Shown here: positions 28,738 to 38,207 of the stretch, in pieces
Numbering within the stretch: the first letter of the stretch is position 1
Layout: each line of letters opens with the position of its first letter
Assembly: GCA_042569905.1 (NCBI GenBank)
Contig: JBHPHA010000001.1
Coordinates: forward strand, 8,515 to 72,514
Direction of reading: 5' to 3'
Source of the DNA: Patescibacteria group bacterium
GTDB taxonomy: Bacteria > Patescibacteriota > Minisyncoccia > Moranbacterales > UBA9337
Length of the DNA: 64,000 nt
The notes under the pieces: generated by a model
What the model was told of the DNA's origin: nothing
Seen by the model: the letters and a program-made list of their open reading frames with translations, nothing else
The model's database searches: none
Translations under genes and position numbers: made by a program

Positions 28738-29586
28738 CTACTCTTCCAAATCGGAATAATTTCGAAGCATACGCCTCTTAAGGCTCTTGATGGCTTTTGC
28801 TTCAATTTGACGAATTCGTTCTCTGGATACTCCATACTCCTTTCCTATTTTATCCAAAGTCATCGACCCCTTACGTCCAATTCCAAATCGCTTTTTGATA
28901 ATGTCGCGATCTCTTTCCTTGAGAAAAGATAATGCTTCCTCTATTTTATCATTTCTACTTGAGATAATCAGCGCCATTTCAGGGTCGACAGCATTCTCAT
29001 CCTCTATGAAATCCACTATAGCACTGAAATCACCATCATAGCCCTTGGCTATATAATACAAAGAGCTAACGTTGCGCATTCCAGCCATATACCACTCTAT
29101 AAATTCTGCACTGAACTCAGAGAATTCAATGATCTCACCTGTAGTTGGATTTCTTTTGAATCGCCTTTCTAAGTCGAGAATCTTATCTCTTAGCCTTATC
29201 GCGCTCTCCTGGAAGTGAACTGGGATTCTAATTGTCTCTGATTTATCAAGTATCGACCTGTAAACAGCTTGCCTAATCCACCACGTAGCATAAGTAGAGA
29301 ACCTATTTCCCCTCTTATAGTCATACTTATTTGCTGCTATGATAAGTCCAAGAACACCGTACTGAATCAAATCCTCAAGCACTAAAGACCCTTTTGAGCT
29401 TTTAGGCTTTTTTGCAATTGACACCACTAGTCTCATATTGTGCTTGACTAGCTTATCTCTGGCCGCCTCACTTCCCTCCTCCAATATTTGTCGACTTAAC
29501 TCAAATTCCTCCTCTTTTGATAAAAGTTTGAATTTCCCAATTTCACTCAAAAAGAGTTTCAAAGATTCTTTCGCCTCCATAAGCAT
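28738..29586 (-). CDS. RNA polymerase sigma-70 family factor
   Basis: Region 2 (YATWWIRQAV) and region 4 HTH (TLDKIGKEYGVSRERIRQIE). Confidence 0.8.
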   Translation of the reverse strand: MLMEAKESLKLFLSEIGKFKLLSKEEEFELSRQILEEGSEAARDKLVKHNMRLVVSIAKKPKSSKGSLVLEDLIQYGVLGLIIAANKYDYKRGNRFSTYATWWIRQAVYRSILDKSETIRIPVHFQESAIRLRDKILDLERRFKRNPTTGEIIEFSEFSAEFIEWYMAGMRNVSSLYYIAKGYDGDFSAIVDFIEDENAVDPEMALIISSRNDKIEEALSFLKERDRDIIKKRFGIGRKGSMTLDKIGKEYGVSRERIRQIEAKAIKSLKRRMLRNYSDLEE

Positions 29587-30028
29587 AACCCCTTATATGA
29601 AAATTTCTATTTGCAAAAACTATCAAGATATTCTTTATTTATCACAACTTCACGCCGTTATCAATCAATGTCTCAAAACACCCAAATACCTATATTCAGA
29701 TAATCCTTTCTTTGAATCATTAAACACGGAAATCTCCTTGGTTGTATATTTTTTATTATTAATGTTAAAGATCTATTTCAGCTTTAATATATAACACATA
29801 TACCAGATTATAGCAATAGCTCACATAGTAAATCCTCGCACTCCAGTATAAAATCACATATACTAATATTTTTTATTTAATTACTATTTACAAAAAATAG
29901 ATACTATGTTAATAATATAGGAAGACCTGTTAGTCTCTCAGTACATGCTCTATTAAACATTTTAAATTATTTTCAGTTGTAATCTTGCACATACAAGTTA
30001 TTTGCATACTACAATTGAGTTCAAAAAC

Positions 30029-30301
30029 GTGCCAATCAAAGATTCAGCTAAAAAATACATGAGGGTTACTGTAAAGAATACTCTTAAGAATAAAAAAATT
30101 AAAGGAGCTTACAGAAGCGCAATCAAAAAAACTCGTGATGCAATCGCAGCTAAGGATGTTAAGAATGTTTCAGAGTTTTTAAAAAGCGCAATCAAAGCAC
30201 TTGATAAAGCTGCTCAAAAGAATGTTCTAAAAAAGAATACCGTTGCAAGATACAAATCAAGACTAAACAAAGCTGTTAAAGCTATTGTGAAGAAAAAATA
30301 A
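30029..30301 (+). CDS. rpsT: 30S ribosomal protein S20
   Basis: Ends KKNTVARYKSRLNKAVKAI. N-terminus MPIKDSAKK if the in-frame GTG at 30029 is used; the track ORF uses a TTG at 30002. Confidence 0.65.
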   Translation: MPIKDSAKKYMRVTVKNTLKNKKIKGAYRSAIKKTRDAIAAKDVKNVSEFLKSAIKALDKAAQKNVLKKNTVARYKSRLNKAVKAIVKKK

Positions 30302-30310
30302 GTATCACTA

Positions 30311-30345
30311 AAAAAACAGGCTCTAAAAAGCCTGTTTTTTGTTTT
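30311..30345. terminator. bidirectional Rho-independent terminator
   Basis: aaacaggct-ctaaaa-agcctgttt plus a T-run. Confidence 0.6.
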
Positions 30346-31302
30346 CTAAATTTCTACAATAAACCTATCTAGCGCAAGTAAGATATCAATCTCACCAATC
30401 TTTACTTTCGAATCCAACTCTTCTAGTCTCCTATAAATTTCTTTCAACTTAGCTGATGACAATCGATTCAATTGACCCATTCCCTTCTGAACTACGAACG
30501 GATGAAGCTTTGCAATCTTTGCCACTTCATAATGATTCCTAAGTCCTCCAAAATAAAAATTACTAATCTTCAAAAGATTTCTAAATTGATAAACATACAT
30601 CGATAAGATGTAGAAAGGGTCGTCACCAGACTCTATTTGATTATGCAACAATCTCAATGCACCGGCTTTATCTCCAGCAGCTAAGGCTTCAATTGTTTTA
30701 AAAATATCAGACTTAATCTTAGGCTTCACAGTTAATTCAACACTCTCAACATCAATCTCTTTTCCGTCCATCATACAAGTCAGCTTTTCAATTTCATTTT
30801 TCATTTGCCACAAATCCCCATCCACAAAAATAGCTAAATTATTCACTGCTTCTTTTGAAATTTTTCCATCCAATTTTTTAACTCTATCAATAATCCATTT
30901 CTGCAAAGCTACTCTGGACAATATATCAAATTGTTTGCACTCAGCATTTTTATCCAAGATCTTAAAAAGCTTGGTATTTTTTTTAGGCTTACCTCTTTCC
31001 CAGAAAACCACAATATTATCATTGTCGCCAAATATGTATTCGTTGGACTTTAAGAATTCAACAACCCTTTCCTGATAGGATTTATCTGTACTGGAAAAAA
31101 TATTTCTGACTATTACTAACTTACTTGCAGAAAATAATCCACCTGAACCAATCACATCCCTCAATTCATCTTTTACGCTCTCGTCAAAATCCAAAATACT
31201 CAAGACAGAGCCTTGAGCATTTTTCTCTAAAAAATCATTCCTGATTTTACTTAATTTTTCAGAAGAAGAAAAATCATCTTCACCATACAGAAAATAAACC
31301 AT
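30346..31302 (-). CDS. holA: DNA polymerase III delta subunit
   Basis: MVYFLYGEDDF... start, the typical HolA N-terminus, at the internal ATG; this avoids overlap with the upstream gene. Approximately 318 aa. Confidence 0.6.
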   Translation of the reverse strand: MVYFLYGEDDFSSSEKLSKIRNDFLEKNAQGSVLSILDFDESVKDELRDVIGSGGLFSASKLVIVRNIFSSTDKSYQERVVEFLKSNEYIFGDNDNIVVFWERGKPKKNTKLFKILDKNAECKQFDILSRVALQKWIIDRVKKLDGKISKEAVNNLAIFVDGDLWQMKNEIEKLTCMMDGKEIDVESVELTVKPKIKSDIFKTIEALAAGDKAGALRLLHNQIESGDDPFYILSMYVYQFRNLLKISNFYFGGLRNHYEVAKIAKLHPFVVQKGMGQLNRLSSAKLKEIYRRLEELDSKVKIGEIDILLALDRFIVEI

Positions 31303-31312
31303 GTCTTTAAAT

Positions 31313-32491
31313 TTATTCAACTGACCATTTAAGCGCCTGTCCTGGCTCAAGAATTTCTACCCAAACCTGACCAGGGACAAACTTGATCTCATCTCCACTT
31401 TGGTCATAGAAGAAAAGCTTGCTTCCCATGTCTGACTTATCTTTCTTCCATGTTCCACGATAATCCTTACCATTAAAATAGTAATGCGCTTCACCACTAT
31501 CAGAAACATCAAACCAAGGGTCTCCTATTTGAACGTCATTGTACCTAAAATCAATTGACTGATCTCCAGTCTTTTTCACTTCTGGAACAATATCCCACGG
31601 ATCATCAACACCTCTTGCATCATAGTCAGTATCCAATGCAATTTGCTCTGACTTAGCAATCATCACCACAACATTCTTTGGAGCGATTCTTTCTCCATTA
31701 TTCCTATCAACATCATCTTTATCTCCCCAAATTCTCAAATAAGAATTACTGTTTTTATCATAATCATATTCTGCTTCATATGGACCAGCAAATCCTACGC
31801 GAAGATGTCCTTTTTCAGGTCTCTTTTCTATTGGTGCGTCAATTTGATGAGGATAGCGCTCCAATTGACTCTCAGTTCTGTAACCCAAATCGCTTATAGC
31901 AGCCATCAATTTCTCCTTCTTTACATGACTTGAATCTTCTTTTCTCATTCCAGCAATATTTTTGTAATCCCATCTATCACAATATTTTCCTGAATAAACA
32001 AGACATTCGATGTTGTCTATTATATGCCCCTTTAATTTATCAAGAGCAAAAATTGATCCTCCCCAATGAACAAACACAGCATCCAATCCCTTAGCAAGAG
32101 GGATATAGTCATGACGAGCACTTCTAATCGCTCCAATTTCATCTGGAACATCACAGATATAAACACCCATAAGCCTCGTTACAGACGAAGTAAATGCAGG
32201 CATTTCAAACACCATATCTGCAGCAGAAAAACCTGCTGCTGGACGAGCCTGCACATCAGCTGGCTGCATCACTGCAATTGGTCTTTTGTTCCAATTTTCA
32301 CAAGATATTCCTGAAATAGGACTAACGTTCTTGTCATCTAATGCCTGAGCTTCATCGCTCATCTGAGCCTGCTCTTTTACCTTTTCAACCCTATCAACCA
32401 TCCTTTGATCTCTTGTTGAAAAAAAATAAATAGCAATTATAGCTACCACCAAAGCAACAACTGCTACTATTATTTTATGCTTCTTTTCCAT
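31313..32491 (-). CDS. DUF3048-domain membrane-anchored protein
   Basis: N-terminal TM. RPIAVMQPADVQARPAAGFSAADMVFEMPAF matches the DUF3048 N-terminal signature (recalled from memory). Confidence 0.5.
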   Translation of the reverse strand: MEKKHKIIVAVVALVVAIIAIYFFSTRDQRMVDRVEKVKEQAQMSDEAQALDDKNVSPISGISCENWNKRPIAVMQPADVQARPAAGFSAADMVFEMPAFTSSVTRLMGVYICDVPDEIGAIRSARHDYIPLAKGLDAVFVHWGGSIFALDKLKGHIIDNIECLVYSGKYCDRWDYKNIAGMRKEDSSHVKKEKLMAAISDLGYRTESQLERYPHQIDAPIEKRPEKGHLRVGFAGPYEAEYDYDKNSNSYLRIWGDKDDVDRNNGERIAPKNVVVMIAKSEQIALDTDYDARGVDDPWDIVPEVKKTGDQSIDFRYNDVQIGDPWFDVSDSGEAHYYFNGKDYRGTWKKDKSDMGSKLFFYDQSGDEIKFVPGQVWVEILEPGQALKWSVE

Positions 32492-32516
32492 AGTTTTTTA
32501 ACTTAAATTCTTAAAT

Positions 32517-33389
32517 TTATTTTTGACACGAAGCACAATAAAACACACTTCGCTGATTTATCTTCTCTCTTTTTACCATTGTATCACACTTCTCACATTT
32601 TTCACCTTCCTTATTATACACCTTTAAGTGTTTATGCATTTCGCCAGGCGCACCAGATGTATCCCTATAATCACTATCAGATGTTCCTCTATACCTTATA
32701 GCCTTCTTAATTACCTTTAGTATGTTCTCATGAATCACTTCGACTTCTTCATCATTCAACTCACTAATTTTTCTTTTTGGATTAATTCCAGACTCAAAAA
32801 GAATTTCGCTTCTATAAATATTTCCAATTCCAGAAATCAGTGACTGATCCATTAAAACATTTCCGATAACACTCCTCTGTTTCTTCTTAAGTAAGTTTCT
32901 GAAAAATTCCAATGTAAACCGCCTATCCATCACATCCACTCCTAATTTAGAAATTTCAGGTAATTCATCTATCTTACTTGTATCCACTAACATGATCTTT
33001 CCAAATTTTCTCAAATCAGAAAATTCCAAAGTTTTTCGATTTCCATCACTATTCTCCAATGTCCATATATGACGAATATATCCATTTACCTTTTCATCAA
33101 AATATCCTACTTTGTCACCGTTTTTTTCTCGATACTCCTTGACCAACAAATGTCCTGTCATTTTCAGATGAATATAAATTGCTTTTCCGCCTGACAAGAT
33201 AATGAAAATATTTTTTCCAAGCCGCCCTGCATTCAAAATTTCTCTTCCAATAATTCCTTTTTTAAACTCATTCAAAGAATTATTCTTAATCGATTTCTCC
33301 CAAAAACTTTCAAAGTTAATAATCTTATCACCTTTAATCTTTCTATTTAAATCATCCACAATCGTTTGAACCTCTGGTAATTCAGGCAT
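32517..33389 (-). CDS. mutM: formamidopyrimidine-DNA glycosylase
   Basis: MPELPEVQT N-terminus with catalytic Pro2/Glu3. H2TH region. C-terminal CxxC...CxxC zinc finger. Confidence 0.85.
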   Translation of the reverse strand: MPELPEVQTIVDDLNRKIKGDKIINFESFWEKSIKNNSLNEFKKGIIGREILNAGRLGKNIFIILSGGKAIYIHLKMTGHLLVKEYREKNGDKVGYFDEKVNGYIRHIWTLENSDGNRKTLEFSDLRKFGKIMLVDTSKIDELPEISKLGVDVMDRRFTLEFFRNLLKKKQRSVIGNVLMDQSLISGIGNIYRSEILFESGINPKRKISELNDEEVEVIHENILKVIKKAIRYRGTSDSDYRDTSGAPGEMHKHLKVYNKEGEKCEKCDTMVKREKINQRSVFYCASCQK

Positions 33390-33515
33390 TTTTATTATGT
33401 AATTTTATAATTTAAATTTTCAATTTTGCAATGAATTTTTACTTACTAAGTTTAAAACAAAAAAACTCCACAAATATTACTTAAATTTTACATTAGAAGT
33501 ATTATCGCCGCAACT

Positions 33516-33556
33516 AAAAAACGAATGAAAAATATTATTTTCATTCGCTTTATTTT
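33516..33556. terminator. Rho-independent terminator, paralog of the one at 34011
   Basis: cgaatgaaaa-atattat-tttcattcg with A- and T-runs on either side. Confidence 0.6.
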
Positions 33557-33578
33557 ACACATTATTCATTCATGCGAA

Positions 33579-33926
33579 TTACAAAGAATCAGTTTCTGTG
33601 AAGTGCTTAGCACCACACACCTCGCAAACATATGTAGTTTCTTCTATTTGATTGATAACATCATCTCGACTGGAACTTTTTTTCATCTTCCCATAACAAC
33701 TCACGCACGTCTTTTTTCTTTCAAAGATAATATTACTTTGACACTTACTACAATAAGCTTCGAAAAATTCCACATGAACCTCGCCAACCGCAACATTCAG
33801 ATGATCCTTAGGATGATCACATTTAGCTTGAAGTGCTTCAATTTTTTTCCCAAGCAATTCAATAACCTTCTTAAGATTTGAAATATACCCCTTAATCAAC
33901 ATAACTTCAATTCCTACATCACACAT
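33579..33926 (-). CDS. Cys-rich zinc-ribbon protein, paralog 1 of a 3-member family
   Basis: Motif KCDHPKDHL plus three CxxC pairs. AAGGAG SD. Confidence 0.45.
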   Translation of the reverse strand: MCDVGIEVMLIKGYISNLKKVIELLGKKIEALQAKCDHPKDHLNVAVGEVHVEFFEAYCSKCQSNIIFERKKTCVSCYGKMKKSSSRDDVINQIEETTYVCEVCGAKHFTETDSL

Positions 33927-34010
33927 GCGAATACTCCTTTTGTAAATATGAATACTTAAGAGTGAAAAGAACTTGTCAGCATACTAGCAGAATTATCAGT
34001 TTTTGTAAAC

Positions 34011-34050
34011 AAAAAAACGAATGAAAAACTTTGTTTTCATTCGTTATATT
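34011..34050 (-). terminator. Rho-independent terminator
   Basis: aacgaatgaaaa-actttg-ttttcattcgtt with a T-run on the minus strand. Confidence 0.6.
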
Positions 34051-34057
34051 TATCATA

Positions 34058-34396
34058 TTACTTCTTTATGATACTCGCTGTTTTTGTGCGATCATCTACC
34101 TTGTATCGAGTTTTGCACTGCTCGCAAAAATAGACAGAATCACCCTCGTCATTCACACCACTCAGACACTCAACGCACCACTGCCTTCTCGAAAGTAAAC
34201 GAGTTGATAAGCACCGCTTACAAAAAGCGTGCATATTTGCGTAAGTATTACTTCTTTGATCAATTTCCAAGTCTTCCCTAGGATGAGAACATTCCTCTTG
34301 AAGTAGAGCTATTCTTTTTTCATGATCAGAGATATTTCCTTTCTCGTCGCGAATCGCCCCTTTCCTCAACGAGATTTCTCTTGTAATTTCATCCAT
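34058..34396 (-). CDS. Cys-rich zinc-ribbon protein, paralog 2
   Basis: ECSHPREDL plus CxxC pairs. AGGAG SD. Confidence 0.45.
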   Translation of the reverse strand: MDEITREISLRKGAIRDEKGNISDHEKRIALLQEECSHPREDLEIDQRSNTYANMHAFCKRCLSTRLLSRRQWCVECLSGVNDEGDSVYFCEQCKTRYKVDDRTKTASIIKK

Positions 34397-34422
34397 AACT
34401 ATTCACTCCTAAAAATGATTCA

Positions 34423-34748
34423 CTAAACATGGGTGATGTCTGAATACACATAGCTACACGCAGAACACGCATATTTTTCCTCACCTTCAATACCACTCTT
34501 AATCTGTCCCATCTCATTGAAGCAACTTGGACAAGTATCTTTTCTTGATGTCGCTATTTTTGATGAGCACTCACGACAAGTCATTTCAAAAGATGCCCCG
34601 CAAATCCCATCTTCAACATAAAGACTATCTCTGGGATGATCACACTTTGACTGCACCTCTTGAATAAATTTTTGACACTTTTTTTCATGTTATCCAAGCC
34701 AGAAATAACTTCATTAATCATTTCTATTGTTTTTCTTGTCTTTGACAT
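34423..34748 (-). pseudogene. Cys-rich zinc-ribbon paralog 3, frameshifted or recoded
   Basis: The frame-A N-terminus (ATG 34746-34748, MSKTRKTIEMINEVISGLDNMKK) aligns to the paralog N-termini. The frame-B body (34423..34656, KCDHPRDSL...) follows. The frames join at the A7 run at 34679-34685 through a -1 shift. Confidence 0.5.
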
Positions 34749-35257
34749 ACATCCTCCCGCTTATTTAACGATTCATCGATAACATCAACAGTAATACCGC
34801 TTTCTCGTAAAAGTTCTATTGCCGCTTCACCTTCGCCATTACTTTTTTTATACAATTCACCATAAACCAATCTATTAATCTCCAGATTAATCAAGTGTTT
34901 TGCAGAGTGCATACAGGGACTCATACTGCAGTAGGCTGTCGAACCTACAAGATCTTCTTTATTCTTCAATGCATCCAGCGTAGCATTCATCTCAGAATAC
35001 GCACCAACACACCATTCGGTTTTAAAAAAATCCTTATTGCACCTACCATAATCAATACAATGGTCAGATCCAATTGGAGCTCCATTGTACCCATAAGACA
35101 GCAACCTGTTATCTCGAATAAATATTGATCCGAGTTCGTTCTTCATGCAAGTTGATCTTTTTCCGAACACTTTGGCCACCTCTAACCACATTTCATCCCA
35201 ACCCAATCTTTCTTTACGCATATCATCGCATCCTTCAGTATCAGAAGTTTTTTTCAA
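34724..35257 (-). CDS. cytidine/dCMP deaminase-fold protein with non-canonical zinc ligands
   Basis: Aligns from memory to ComEB-type dCMP deaminases (RSTC, GYNG, HCIDYG, SEMNATL, SPC). H of HAE is replaced by Y and the second Cys of PCxxC by S. Confidence 0.5.
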   Translation of the reverse strand: MKKTSDTEGCDDMRKERLGWDEMWLEVAKVFGKRSTCMKNELGSIFIRDNRLLSYGYNGAPIGSDHCIDYGRCNKDFFKTEWCVGAYSEMNATLDALKNKEDLVGSTAYCSMSPCMHSAKHLINLEINRLVYGELYKKSNGEGEAAIELLRESGITVDVIDESLNKREDVCQRQEKQ

Positions 35258-35275
35258 ACAGCTATCAAGAGATTA

Positions 35276-36790
35276 TCAGCTCATCTTCTTATTGTCAATA
35301 TAAACTAAGCCTAAGATTAGCCAAAAAAACAACATTCCATAATGACTCGTCCAAAGCCAATGATCAAGCATCATGAAAATAAATAACGCTACAAAAATTG
35401 GAAGTGCTTTGATTCCAGTTTTCATGATAAGTAAAACAAGCATTGTGCTAAACAAAACAAATCCCACCAATCCAAGTTCAGAAAAAATTAAAAGAAAAAT
35501 ATTGTGCACTGGTTGATATTCCCAAACAGGTCTCTGCAGCCTGTCATTTTTCATAACCTCAAGGGTGTAATTCCCTGCACCCACTCCCACAAAAAAATCA
35601 TCTTGGATAACCTGACTTGCTTCTGTAACATAGCTCACTCGATCCATTACTGACTTTTGTTCCAACCTTGCACTTCCATCAAACCGAGAAAAAAAGTTTT
35701 CGTGATTTATCCCGACAATCAGCGTAGCGAAAACAATCATCGCTACAAACCACCCCACTTTGTCATTTTTTTTATTTTTCTGTTTGAAAATTTCACCACT
35801 AAAAATTGACTTTAAATTGAAAAATTTAAATTGAAAAATTACAATAATAGCCAGCGCCAGCCAGGCACTCCTCGAAAAAGAAAAAAGTAAGCCAGTAATT
35901 AATAAGCAGCAACCGACAATCAACAATCCATATGAAATATATTTTTTTCGTTTGAAAATTTCATAATTTAAAATTGAATTTAAATTGAAAATTTTAAATT
36001 TTAAATTCAACCCACTAATCACAAGCATTACCAAAGCCAAATATCCCCCAAACATATTCGGATGAGAAAAACCTCCATAAGCCCGAAGCCATCTTCCAGT
36101 TTCATTTTCCAAAACACTCACACCTCCGATTGAAGCCACATACTCACTCATCCCCAACCACTTACTCGAGAAAGTCTCCTGGCTCAAATACTGCCAAGTC
36201 CCAAGTCCAGATTGAATCACTGCACCAACAAGCAAAACAAAGATCAACTTTCGAAAATCAAATTTAATTTTCTGAACCGCAAAAAATAATCCTACACCCA
36301 AAAACATTTTAAAAGAAAAATACAAAGCCAAAAATCTGTCATCCGCCCAAACAATTGACAACACCATCCAAAGCAAAAAAAGAATTACTAAACCATTTGC
36401 ATTGTCATCTCGAGTACAGTTGAATGGTTCGCCACGGCGAAGAACGAAACGTAGTCGAGAGATCTCACCCTGAATATAGCCCCAGGACTTTGTAATGTTG
36501 AGATTTCTCCACTCTCCGCCTAGGCGGATTCGGTCGAAATGACACATTAAAATACCTTTCAATTTTTCCACCACAATCAACACCAAAAGAAATACTAAAA
36601 TAAAATCTGAAAAATAAACCCCAACTGTCCCATACTGCCACTTCTCACCTCCAACAAAAATTTCCCGCACCAAAAAAACAGTCTGCCATGGTAGTAAAAA
36701 TACAAAACCATAAAAAAGATATTCAATTACTCGCCCCCTTCCCTTCTTTGCATTCAAAGGGAGGATCGAGGATCGGTTTTCATCCTTCAT
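35276..36790 (-). CDS. O-antigen ligase-like polytopic membrane protein
   Basis: More than 10 TM segments. FSRSAWLAL motif typical of the Wzy_C/O-antigen ligase family. Contains an internal 60-nt direct repeat. Confidence 0.4.
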   Translation of the reverse strand: MKDENRSSILPLNAKKGRGRVIEYLFYGFVFLLPWQTVFLVREIFVGGEKWQYGTVGVYFSDFILVFLLVLIVVEKLKGILMCHFDRIRLGGEWRNLNITKSWGYIQGEISRLRFVLRRGEPFNCTRDDNANGLVILFLLWMVLSIVWADDRFLALYFSFKMFLGVGLFFAVQKIKFDFRKLIFVLLVGAVIQSGLGTWQYLSQETFSSKWLGMSEYVASIGGVSVLENETGRWLRAYGGFSHPNMFGGYLALVMLVISGLNLKFKIFNLNSILNYEIFKRKKYISYGLLIVGCCLLITGLLFSFSRSAWLALAIIVIFQFKFFNLKSIFSGEIFKQKNKKNDKVGWFVAMIVFATLIVGINHENFFSRFDGSARLEQKSVMDRVSYVTEASQVIQDDFFVGVGAGNYTLEVMKNDRLQRPVWEYQPVHNIFLLIFSELGLVGFVLFSTMLVLLIMKTGIKALPIFVALFIFMMLDHWLWTSHYGMLFFWLILGLVYIDNKKMS

Positions 36791-36906
36791 ATCACAAACA
36801 AATTACATACATTACTATATTTAACTTATCATAAACTAATACTAAAAATAAGTACAAAAAAATCCCAGGCAGTCATTCGACCACCTGGGATTATATAATT
36901 CTCATT

Positions 36907-37227
36907 TTACACCAAATATTCTTTACAGTGAGGACACTGATACTGTGGCTCCTTGTAACTTTGATTACAATATTCACAAAAAACTACTTGTCCAGTTCCT
37001 AATTCCACACCCTCAAAAGGTAACGGGAAAATAGACTTAATTGTAACCCTTTCTCCCATCTCCGCGTCAGCTCGATCTAAGGTCTCCTTATTGATGATAG
37101 GAAATGAAAATGAAACGACCTTACTATGATCATAATCGACTCTTCCCGAAAAACAGCTCGGACCTCCTTCATAAGTAGCGTAATGCACCAAATAGGCCCA
37201 GGTTCTTTTTACTTTAGGATCACTCAT
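36907..37227 (-). CDS. hypothetical protein with a C-terminal CxxC...CxxC zinc ribbon
   Basis: GGGGGA SD. Overlaps the upstream gene by 8 nt. Confidence 0.3.
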   Translation of the reverse strand: MSDPKVKRTWAYLVHYATYEGGPSCFSGRVDYDHSKVVSFSFPIINKETLDRADAEMGERVTIKSIFPLPFEGVELGTGQVVFCEYCNQSYKEPQYQCPHCKEYLV

Positions 37228-37774
37228 GACACTTCCCCCTTATTGAATCTCTGCAATGATCAAAATACCCTGCATCATTTAGTTTTTTGACAGCCATATC
37301 TAGAATAGAATCACTCAATTTCTGGCCGATAAGATAAGCTACGGTGCATTTAAACACCCTGCAAACAGCTGGTCTACGATCATAGACCCCGCAACCATCT
37401 CTACAATAGACACACTTACCCGTAGACTTATCTTTTAATAAGTAATTCTCATAGTCTACATTAAAACTCTGCTCGAATTCCCAATCAATAAGTTTAACAT
37501 TAAAACTTTCACCACAGCATTCCGAGCAATCTCCACAGTTCATGTTCTCCATCCCAACTTTCTCAAAAAATTCTTTTTCTCGAGAGTTTTCGGGATCATC
37601 TCGAAATCGAGGAGACTCCTGGATTTCTTTAATAACAAAAAAATCAGAACTAAATCTTGAAACATCAAGTGTTTTTTGCATCTTATTTCTGCTCTCAGCA
37701 AGCCAAACGAATGAAAATGGAACTCCATTTTTCGACTCAATCAAAACCAGAAATATTTTCTCATTTTTACTCAT
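37220..37774 (-). CDS. YkgJ-family (CxxCxxCC zinc/iron-chelating domain) protein with an N-terminal extension
   Basis: CGDCSECC...CVYCRDGCGVYDRRPAVCRVFKC matches the YkgJ signature. GGGGGA SD. Confidence 0.5.
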   Translation of the reverse strand: MSKNEKIFLVLIESKNGVPFSFVWLAESRNKMQKTLDVSRFSSDFFVIKEIQESPRFRDDPENSREKEFFEKVGMENMNCGDCSECCGESFNVKLIDWEFEQSFNVDYENYLLKDKSTGKCVYCRDGCGVYDRRPAVCRVFKCTVAYLIGQKLSDSILDMAVKKLNDAGYFDHCRDSIRGKCHE

Positions 37775-38207
37775 TTCAATCCCCCATGCATATAAAATTC
37801 GGTATTTTTTAAATAAAAGAACTTCTTCAATTCAACTAGACAGTATAGCTTATTCCTAACAAAAAGTCAAGATGCGTAACAAAAAAATCGCCTCAAATTT
37901 GCAGAGCAAGCTAGATTAATGTTTTGAAATAAGGAGAGAGAATAAGCTTCAAAAATGAAACTCATAAAATATTTCAGAACTCTAGTTTTTACCCTGCAAA
38001 TTCAAGACGACTTAACAGACTCTCATTATTTATTTTTCAATAATAAAGAGATTTTTGATTGCAAATTATTTTTCACAATTCAATCTATCTTTTGATTATT
38101 CTTTTTCATCTCAAATCTGATTTCCAAACTATAAACCTTCGAAAAATTCAAAAGTTTAATTGTTTGGCGGAGCGCTGATACGATGATCAACACTCTGCAC
38201 ATTTTTC

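Noticed and set aside
31313-31350. 38-nt overlap between holA and the DUF3048 gene
   Set aside because: It is resolved by using the internal ATG at 31300-31302, which gives the canonical HolA N-terminus (MVYFLYGED). It is a start-codon choice issue, not a real overlap.
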